From Klebsormidium nitens (Eukaryota > Plantae > Klebsormidiophyceae), in the NCBI GenBank assembly GCA_000708835.1, contig DF236984.1, forward strand, positions 62,001 to 126,000: a stretch of DNA of 64,000 nt. The letters run 5' to 3'. The position numbers and the translations under genes were made by a program. The number at the start of each line of letters is the position of its first letter. Positions within the stretch are counted from its first letter, which is position 1. Shown here in pieces: positions 24,701 through 34,200 of this stretch. A model generated the notes under the pieces. That model ran no database searches. It was not told the origin of the DNA and was given only the letters and a program-made list of their open reading frames with translations.

Positions 24701-26369
24701 TCCAGGCCAACTCAGCCGTTGTATTTTGTTGTTTTGAAACAAATTCTGATCGCAACGAGAAACTATGCTACTTGATCTTTCACCTACCTGACGCATCCCG
24801 TCTTGAAGGGGCTCTCAGAAAGGGCTCTCCAACCCTTCTTGGCTCCGGTCAGGCACAGCGCTTCCATTTCGAATGGCTGAAAGATCTTCTTCAGCTTCTC
24901 GCAGACCCCCTCCGCATTCATCTCCACCTCCTTCACCAGGACAACGCTCGGGCGCGCGACCGCATGCGCGAATATAGAGATAGCCGCGATCCCAACAGTC
25001 TTGTTCGACTGCTCCGGAGAGTGCGCCACGTAGACAGACGGATCGAGCACCGCCCGAGGCAGGCCCTGCGTAGACAGGTCAAAGTTGCAGTGCTCGCGGA
25101 GCGAGTCCCTGCTCCCGTTGTAAGGGATACGCGTCGCGCACAGCCGCTGGAGCTCGGCCTGGAGCTGGGGCGTCACGGGGATTGGCAATGGGGCAACAAA
25201 AGGATCGTCGTCGTCCGACTCATCGTCGCTTTCCGACTCCTCGTCGCTCTCTTCTTCATCGCTCTCGATTGCACCCGCCTCATCGAGGTCGCTCTCATCC
25301 TCACTTTCCAATGTTTCCTCCCCAATTTCCTCCTCGTCTGAAGGCGTCCAATCCTCACTCTCGTTCTCTCCGCTCTGTATGGACAAACTCTCCTCTCCAC
25401 TCGCTTCTGAAATCTGTTCGTCATCGCTCTCCTCTTCGTCCGAAAGAGGCCAATACTCGCTCTCCTCGTCAGCGCTCCCATCTGAAGTCCGTTCCGCCGA
25501 GTCTAACCCGCTTCGCTCCTGTTCCCTCTCCGCCTGCGTGTCCGAAAAACAATTCTCCTCGATCTGATGCCTGCCTGGACCGCAGGATGACTCCTCGCGT
25601 TCGGCCCCGTTGTCCTCTTTGCTCAGGTTGTCTTCCTCATTTCCTTCAAACTGCTCTGCAGACCCGTCAGCTCCCTCGCTGTCGTTCCCTTCGTTGCCTT
25701 TCCCCGACTGCGGTAACCCCTCGCTTTCAAGATCGTGGTTTCCGTTGCTTGGAGAACCCTCAAGTCCGATCCTCTGCTTCACGTTCCTGAGTTCTCGTCT
25801 ATTCTCTTTTTCCTTGATGCGCCTCGTCAATTCATCCCGCTGCCTCTTCAATTCTGCGCAGCAGAGACAGGATGTAAAGAGGAACGATACCGGCAGTCTG
25901 AAACTCAAATAAGGCCTCACTCAAGAGCAGACAGAAACATTTGCTAATGAGTGCAGAAACATCAACATTCATTTATCCTTCCAAACGATCAAACATCCTG
26001 CCATATGTAAAACTGCATTCAAAGGTCAAATGTTCAAAATCCCCGAGCATTTCAATCATCCTGACCTCAACATGACTCAAAACATTTCAAAATATGTCCA
26101 AATGATTCGGTGTCATGAAGCATGGCACTATACGGAGCAAAAGCTGCTTCGATTGGAAACCTTTGAACACATTCCATTATATTGTAGAAAACACACGAAG
26201 AAAGTCACAGAAGAGGGATGACAGAAACTTAGATTATGAATCTTGAACATTCGGGAGCTTACGAGGTCAACGAGAATGTGGAAATCATGATATATAAGAG
26301 ATCCCAGAAACGAAGCTCACCTGACAGGGACTCTGATGCGTCCGAAAGCGACTGTGACTCAGTGTCCAT
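21706..26369 (-). pseudogene. Spliced gene for an SF2-ATPase-like / Z1-like / winged-helix protein with an acidic N-terminal tract; carries one frameshift (pseudogene or assembly error)
   Basis: Phase-consistent exons 26369-26321, 25853-24788, 24329-23915 (frame change near 24198), 23399-23050, 22458-21706. Motifs in order: PEQSNKT (Walker A-like), VMLTMDEAD (Walker B), VMVSAS (motif III-like), FMVFGYNLTGRSVSL (Z1-like). The C-terminus has LRAIWELV...LRKMGFLVF...GLWNLTPAGRAF (wHTH-like). Both sides of the frame change have GC3-rich coding-like codons. Confidence 0.6.
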
Positions 26370-28828
26370 CTTTGTGCAAAGCAGTTTTCAGCTCCTTTTG
26401 GTTTTTGACAGCACGGCAGAGCTAGGATTTTCGATCCATGCTTCTGCATCAGACAACATTGCAAGTGGTCAGGCTTATGCATGTAGATTGAGCTGCTGAA
26501 TCACGTAGAATGAACAACACCAGCGCAAGAGTGCCCCTTCCCCGAAGGATTGGCGATACTACTTCCCGATCTGGTACCTCCTCCTTTTCAAAGCTTCAAT
26601 GATGCCTATGCTTGTCATGAAAAACGAGAATGTGCTGCCAGGAAAGGAGAAACATGTCCTCGGTCACATTATGCTTTTCAATACTGTTCCAAAATCCTGT
26701 GCAAACAAATCAGATACAAGATCTCCATTTCTGCCTCTGAGCACCAAGCAATACCCAAAAGCTGAACATGCAAACGGGTTATAGAACCAGATAGCTTGTC
26801 AAGCATAGTAGCCCGGAAAGCCAGGAACGGTACGTCGAAATATGGTCGAAGCACAGCACTTTTTCTACACCAACACTCAAACCCTACAAGCTGATTGCCA
26901 TTGAAGCACAAACAGGATTGATGTAAGATCAAATCTCATCCTATGATGCACTTGGCTCGTGACGAAGTTTTCAAACGTGTCAATCTTGTGATTTAGAAGT
27001 CGACTCACCTCCCCCGGTTCTTGTCTCTGATTCTGTACTTCTTCCTTCCCACCTCGCGATTGTGAGGTCAACAGACAGAGACCGCAAGGATGATAAATCT
27101 GGAAAGCCAATCGGATGCAAGTAACTGCATATGGCGTACACACCAGACGCTGAATTGCACCTCAAAAACCCTTGCGCTCTAGAGATATTTTGGCTTGTTG
27201 CTCGAAATGCTCTCACAAAACCTTCAGAAGCTAGCCTACAGCCCCAAACCCCTTGGCCACAGGCTTGCTTGCTTGCTTTTATGCGACTTTCACTTGAGTT
27301 ACCATTGCGGATTGCCGCCACTGGTGCCCTGTAGACCTGACTGAAATATTACGTGGCCTCGAAGTTCATTGAACTTTGGCATCCTCACGCTTCACGTCAT
27401 GTCGATGCATGATGTGGTACGAAGGTCGATACTCAGGTATATCAGCTTCTTCATGAAAAACGTCCAAATCCTAGTCAGCACGAATGTAGCACAAGATTGG
27501 AAATATCCGACCGTGACCGTGATAATCGACGCAGCTCAAACTGTTGCGCGAGCTCAGGAAGCTGCCTTGTTGTTTAACGAGAGCTAGATCGATCGAGCCT
27601 TCCCCTTTTGTCAACCGGCCGTTTAACGTCGAGAAAACGAATGTCACCAGTGTGTTAGCTAATACCACTGTAGTCACTGTTGAAGCACGACCAAGTCTTC
27701 GGTAACCCCGCTCTAACCACGCTCATGACGCGATACGTGCGAATCTTTTGATCTGAATAGTTTGATACTGTTGGGACCGTTCACTCCGAGCATACGCTCT
27801 TCATGACGTCAAGTCGCATGCAGTGTACGGAAGGCCGCCCGGTCAGGGTAAAACCAGAATGGGAGTTTTGGGGAGGTCGCTTTTCGGTTCACTTTAGAGT
27901 TCATTATGCTAGCGCTGGGCTCCCACGTCGACAGAAGCGAGACTATCTCTTTCGTGGATTCGGTTGGCAATTATGTATCACCAGCTATTGAACAGGCCTC
28001 CGAAAAGTCCATCTTGAAGCCGCTCGCGGATCCCTCGGCAAGGATGCAGGCGATATTGTGCGTAAGGCTAATGCTCTTCCGGATATCCACCAGCAGATTG
28101 CTCCAGGTTCGAAGTACTGCAGAGTATGCGAATCGCTATTTTCTGACTGCTGCATCGATTCGCATGTTCTCGCATCTCTTGGGAAGCCACTCAGCCAAGA
28201 TATTGTGTACACAAAAGTAGATATCGCCGATGGTACCACTAGGCAGTCACTAGGCAGTCTTTTCGCGAGGAGTGCCGGTGGGTTCTGCCCAGTGCCGTTG
28301 ACGAGGAAATGTAACTCAAGAGCTTGGGTTATCGACCACCAGAGGGATTTGTACACCGACTAAAACATCTTTAGGACCTCGAGGGGTTTCGTCGATGGGC
28401 GAAATTGGTAAAATCGACTGCGCACAGCTGACGGGGCTTGCGAGCTGCCTCAATGCTCAATTCAAGTGCCCCCAACTATATGACCTGGATGTGGATCGCC
28501 GGAATCAAGCGGAATCTGTCGCGTGGGCATAACATTCAGGAAGTGGTGGCTGGCCCTTAATGGCAACCTCAAGGGGCAGATACGGAATGCCCAAACATTG
28601 GGCTGTTAAAGAGGGCTGGAAAATGGTGGCCGTCACACAGTTCGTAGATACTCTTTGTTTCGGACGTCCTTGCACACTGAGTTGTTCAACTGCCCACATC
28701 GATGCCATAGCAAGCTTGATTTTTCTGTACCAAGAGAGACAAGAGAAAACAACATTCATCATGAGAGTGCTGGTGAGTGCGAAAACGGAAAACCCATCAT
28801 GAGAGGTCGTGATTGAACGGCGAAAATC

Positions 28829-29508
28829 NNNNNNNNNNNNNNNNNNNNNNNNNNNNNNNNNNNNNNNNNNNNNNNNNNNNNNNNNNNNNNNNNNNNNNNN
28901 NNNNNNNNNNNNNNNNNNNNNNNNNNNNNNNNNNNNNNNNNNNNNNNNNNNNNNNNNNNNNNNNNNNNNNNNNNNNNNNNNNNNNNNNNNNNNNNNNNNN
29001 NNNNNNNNNNNNNNNNNNNNNNNNNNNNNNNNNNNNNNNNNNNNNNNNNNNNNNNNNNNNNNNNNNNNNNNNNNNNNNNNNNNNNNNNNNNNNNNNNNNN
29101 NNNNNNNNNNNNNNNNNNNNNNNNNNNNNNNNNNNNNNNNNNNNNNNNNNNNNNNNNNNNNNNNNNNNNNNNNNNNNNNNNNNNNNNNNNNNNNNNNNNN
29201 NNNNNNNNNNNNNNNNNNNNNNNNNNNNNNNNNNNNNNNNNNNNNNNNNNNNNNNNNNNNNNNNNNNNNNNNNNNNNNNNNNNNNNNNNNNNNNNNNNNN
29301 NNNNNNNNNNNNNNNNNNNNNNNNNNNNNNNNNNNNNNNNNNNNNNNNNNNNNNNNNNNNNNNNNNNNNNNNNNNNNNNNNNNNNNNNNNNNNNNNNNNN
29401 NNNNNNNNNNNNNNNNNNNNNNNNNNNNNNNNNNNNNNNNNNNNNNNNNNNNNNNNNNNNNNNNNNNNNNNNNNNNNNNNNNNNNNNNNNNNNNNNNNNN
29501 NNNNNNNN
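28829..29508. other. Assembly gap (680 N)
   Basis: Run of n characters. Confidence 1.
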
Positions 29509-29636
29509 CCCTGGACGATGCAGTGGGCAGATTGCCCACTCCAAGAAATGAATTCTTCATTCTTTCTGGCGCGGCGATGACGTTTTGAGGAACCTCGTGG
29601 AAGACTTCAGCATGCTGACGTCATTATGACGTGGCA

Positions 29637-30016
29637 GGGGGTGAGGGGGGCGGCAGCCCCCCCGCTAGTAGGCTGGCCGAAAAGGTTGGCCGCCCAATTG
29701 CCACTGCAAATGTGCAAAATTATGGTTGCGCACTCGGGGAATCGAACCCCGGGCATATGCGTAGCCTCGTGAGCCGTGACGTCATGTTGACGTAAGCGCA
29801 GGGAGGCATATATGTTACCACTACACCAAGTGCGCACGGATGGAATGCCCGCTACAATCAAAATGTATATACAAAAGCATGTGTCTACTGCAACTAAAGC
29901 ATATTATTCGGTTATTCTGGTCATATACACCTAGAAAACTTGCCCGGTACAAACCCCCGCCCCTTCAAGTTCGTTCATCCTTGCAAACGGGGGGGCTGCC
30001 GCCCCCCCGCACCCCC
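29637..30016. repeat. Pair of inverted 29-nt GC-rich elements, each a self-hairpin, flanking the tRNA
   Basis: 29637-29665 (gggggtgagggggggcggcagcccccccg) is the reverse complement of 29988-30016 with one mismatch. The core G7-CGGCAG-C7 forms a 7-bp stem with a 6-nt loop. Confidence 0.9.
29727..29835 (-). tRNA. trnG-CCC: tRNA-Gly(CCC) with a 38-nt intron in the anticodon loop
   Basis: The minus strand reads GCGCACT TG GTGT AGTGGTA ACAT A TATGC CT CCC [38 nt] AC GCATA TGCC CGGGG TTCGATT CCCCG AGTGCGC A. The acceptor, anticodon and T stems pair perfectly, and a TTTT lies shortly downstream. Confidence 0.9.
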
Positions 30017-30546
30017 CCGCTTTGGGCTCTTCAAATTGCGGTTCGTTGAGCGCAACTTATATTACTTCTGGTTTTACCTGGCTGACATGCATATACCTAT
30101 ACGTCTCTCCCGCCATTTTGGCAATCTGTAGGCTCAACCGCCCAGGACCATGAACCGGGCCGGTCTGAAGCTTTTGTGGGCTTCAAAGCCCTGCCTGCAG
30201 TGCCCGGCTATCCTTCACCCGACTGCCCGAAACAGTTGAAAGAGGCCGCTGAGGGGGCAACTTCCGTTCGCTCCCACTGGCGCAAGTACGACGAAGTAGA
30301 CTCCTTTTGTTAGTGTCTCAGGCTCCAAAAAAGTGTGAAAACATCTAACATGGGGGATCATAGGTTCACAGGGTATCCGCGTGGACCGTACTGTCAGCTC
30401 AGGTCCTTTGAACCAAAATGCGTCAGAATTTCAGGTTTTACCGTGCACTTTGCGGTACCCATTCTAGTACGGATGGAACCGGGTCAGGATAAATGGCCTA
30501 CAACACTAAAACTAAAAGAACTCTGCCCGGTTGTCACTGTCAGTGA

Positions 30547-30720
30547 GTAACCCTAATGTCACTGGGAAATGGCGTAGCCCTAACAAAGCGCTCGTCGATT
30601 GGCGTGAACCGTCATAGGTTTGCAACGTAACCCTAATGTCAAAGTAAGTGCCCCGGGTCAATGTCAATGTCAACGTCGATGTCAATGTCGATGTCAGTCT
30701 CATTGTCAACGTTGTAACCA
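30547..30720. repeat. Direct repeat gtaaccctaatgtca x2 followed by a degenerate (ATGTCA/ATGTCG)n hexamer run
   Basis: The 15-mer lies at 30547-30561 and 30627-30641. gtcaatgtcaatgtcaacgtcgatgtcaatgtcgatgtcagt lies at ~30657-30698. Confidence 0.7.
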
Positions 30721-31261
30721 CTCCCGTATTACCACTGACAGACTGCAATAAATGTCACACTTCAGGTGCTTCCAGGTGGGTTGAGAGTGATTCACACCAA
30801 TCAGAGTGGCGGAGTCTACTTTGATAGTTTTGCCCCACTGGCAAGCTTCGTGTACTGAACAGTGAATTCAGTGACTGGGTAGGTATGAACTTCGTGAATC
30901 TGATGATCTTGAAGTTGAAGGGCAACTGTGGTGGCGTTGATGCAGATTCTAGTGGCTCAGGATTGAGTTCAATTTCAACCTTCGGACCCAGCCCGCTTGA
31001 ATGCGGAAGGGTGTGTTGAGTTGCTCTCGCCCACGAGGTGTGCACTTCATCGCGTCGACAGCTGTTGCAGAAACGTTTCTGTGGGCAGGTTGACCTCCTG
31101 TGAGACGTGTTCCTGTGGAATGCGTGAATTAAGAATCACTGCGACATAATTTTTCTGCTCGAATTCTTCCCCCAGAGAGCCATGTTGCCCCTTTCTTGTA
31201 CGAGTTGACCAAGTCCAAAATGCATCACACTTAGTGCCACCCGTTGAAACCTTGAAAAACC

Positions 31262-34200
31262 ATGGCAGGCAGAATCGGTCCTCAAGGGAAGCGCTCGCAG
31301 GTGCATCCCGTCATCCACATCAGGGACTTAGCTGGACCTCAGAGCTCAGCCAAAGAAAACCAGGCAGTTGTGAAGAGTGCACCACTCGGAAAAGCTACAG
31401 AAGGGCCGCAGATTGGGGGCGTCCGGCAGCCGCTTCAGGGCACGCAATTGGCGAACAAGACAGTTGCGCCGTTGTTGGAAGTATGCGTTGGCAACTTTGC
31501 TGATGACAAGACTACGGGGGTCTCAGGAGATTCCAAGGCTCAGCATAGGAAGTCCTCAAACGGGGCGGTGGCTGAGGTGTCTGGAAAACCCCTGGTAGAT
31601 GATCTGGACAAGTTGAAGGAACGTTCTGGTCCTAGCAAAGAATCTGCAACAAGGGGGGGGCAGAAGCAAACGACTGTGTTGCAGAAAGGACTTCCACCCT
31701 TGCTGCCCACGCCCTTGTTGGAGGCTGTTGACAACTCAAGGAGCTGCCTTGCAGCTAGCCATCAGGAAGCCACACCCCAATTCTCAGATGCAAAAGACCC
31801 CTCAGAGACAGCTGGCACACTATCAACGGCAGGGAGTGCGAATGCTAACGGGGAGAGAAAGGGGAGTGCCAAGAAAGCGGCAAGGCGGAAGGAGAGAGAG
31901 CCCTGGAGGGACCCAGGGCCCAAGGATCTTGTGGAGCCGCAACGGGGCAGAAGCAAGTCAGAGGAGCTGAAAGCGCCAGCTGTTGCAGCTGAGCCAAAAG
32001 TGCAAAATGAAGAAAGGATCAAGGAAGGGCTGAACGAGGGGGTGTTTCTGGTGGCGGTGGTGGATGCTCGGAAGGAGGACACGGATGGGGGAGCTGGAGT
32101 GCCTAAGGTGACAACCGGAAAGAAAGCTGGCTCCAAGGGGCAGCGGCGAAGAGTTAGTGAAGGTCAGGGGGCTTCGACAGCGGGCCAGCATTATGTTGGT
32201 GGAAATGAGGAGCTAAAAAGCATCGCGAACCGGAAGGAGGGAGTGGTTGGAGTTCTTTTTGATCCGAAAGCAGAGCAAGCCGGTTTGGAAACAAGCGGGT
32301 CAGAGACGAAAGAAAGTCAGAGGAACGGGCAAGATGCAGTGGCGCCAGCTGTCAGGGCTGGTCAGAGTGGAGGAGAGTCAGCGGTGGTAGCGGAGGCGAC
32401 TGCTGGAGGCGAACACGAGGCGGGGGGGCAGCAGGAGCAGCCTTCGGATGAGGAAGGGTGGATGAAGGTCAAGAAGGTGCGCAGATTGTCGAAGTCTCTT
32501 TCTGTGCAGCTACTGTTTCGCCTTTAGGCGAGCTGGACCTTGTTAGGAGGAGTTTTTGTTCTTGCCAAGTGGGTAGTTTCCCCCTGAGAGCAGCCAATCA
32601 ATGGATATGGAATGTGTTGAAGTCTTTCATTTAGACCTCGCTTTGCAAGCGTACCTCCTCTTTGTCCTTCGCATCTGAACCTTTTGTGTGTTTTTGCCCA
32701 TAACAACTCTCTCTTCGACTTGCGACTTGCTCCCCATCATGAGTTTCGGTGTATTGTATGCATGAATTCAACAATGTGGATGTAAATAGTAGTGACCAAA
32801 AGCATCCTTCATCCTTTTTCCTTCAGCTTCTGAATGAGATAGGTTTTGTCGGCTTTTCTTGAGAACAATAGATTGTGGAGTTCCTGAATTGTTTGGAAGG
32901 GTTCCAAAGCAGAGGTTGCAAAGGTCTTGAAAAGTCCTGGCAGTTGGTTCATATGCTTCTACATAGTTGCTGTCTTAACAACCGTCATCAAAATCGTAAC
33001 AAAGAAAAGCCTAAACACACGCTCATGGGCTTTTCAACCATTCCCCCTCTTTGTCTGCAGAAGAATAAGAGTTCGACCCGGAGACGGTCGGAACTGCCCC
33101 CCTGGAACAGCGTCTACCGCACGGAGGTCGAAAGCTACCAGACGCCGCTTGGGCGGCGATGGATCCAGAACCCCACCTTCATAGACCGTCGACAATCCCT
33201 GGAGACGACCAGCTTAGAAGCTAAACCCCCTGCACTTTCAAGCAAGCCAGTAGGAAAGAAGCCGAGCTCTACAGCCCCACCTGGGGTTGAAACCAAGCCC
33301 TCCGATCCTTCCGAATTATCAGTGGGTGTTCCTTTGGCGTCAACTCTGGGGAAGACGGGAAGCGGTTTTCTGGCCCAGAAAGGAGCGGGGGCGCCCGCGA
33401 ATGGGGCACTCTTGCCCACGCCAACACTTTCGAAGCCAGTGTTGCGGGCCTCAGATGTGCAAAAGAACAGACGGGAACCGCAGTCAGGGTCTGACGGAAG
33501 GACAGCGACGGGCGATGCTGCAAAAGACGTGGCGACGGAAAGGGGAACGGTGCAGACAGCTGCAAGCCAAAGGGCGACAAGCGGGGTTGCGGAGGGGGAG
33601 AGGACAAAGACCGCAAAGTGCATTGCAAGCAAAGCGGGGCAATTGAGCGGTAGGGGCAAGGGTAAGAAAGGAGCGGCTCAGATAGCACAAAGGGAAGCAG
33701 AAGTAGGAGCGGGTGTGGCCAACGGGACAGTCAAGGCATCAGCTGTGCAGAGTGATACGGAGAAGCAAGCGGGCCCCTCAAACAAGACCGGGCCGTTGCC
33801 AGCTGTCAAGGCTGCCGCCGCACCAGTAAAGGTGCCAGTTGTCACACCTGTGGCTGCGCCAGCTGTCGCACCTGCAGCCAAATCGAAGTTGTCGGTGTCA
33901 GCACCACCATTCATCCCCAAGAGCCTGCAGGGTGGGAAGGGCCCGGCTGGGGTTGACACCGCCAAGGGGGCCGCGAAGCAGGCCAGGCAGCCTATTGCAG
34001 CTAGTGTTGCTAACCCAAATCATAAGGCAGTGACGACGTTTGAGGACGGGGGAGTGCCTGCAATGGGAGCGGGGGCAGGGGTGTCACGCACTGCTGCTGG
34101 CCCCCCTTCTCCGGAAAGAGTGGTGGTGACCCCTGTGAAGAAGCGGAAGCCTGGCGAGAAGACCCCTGGCAAACTGACAGCTGGCACGGCCGTTGTTGGT

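Noticed and set aside
21589-25912. Long plus-strand ORFs (21589-22473, 24595-25341, 25182-25790 and others)
   Set aside because: They are antisense shadows of GC3-rich minus-strand exons and have no recognisable motifs.
26500-28828. Short ORFs, including 28058-28363 with CxxC...CC..H spacing
   Set aside because: There is no coherent exon chain or recognisable domain. A decayed gene or transposon cannot be excluded but is not supportable.
28505-29588. ORFs spanning the N run
   Set aside because: Artefacts of translating an assembly gap.
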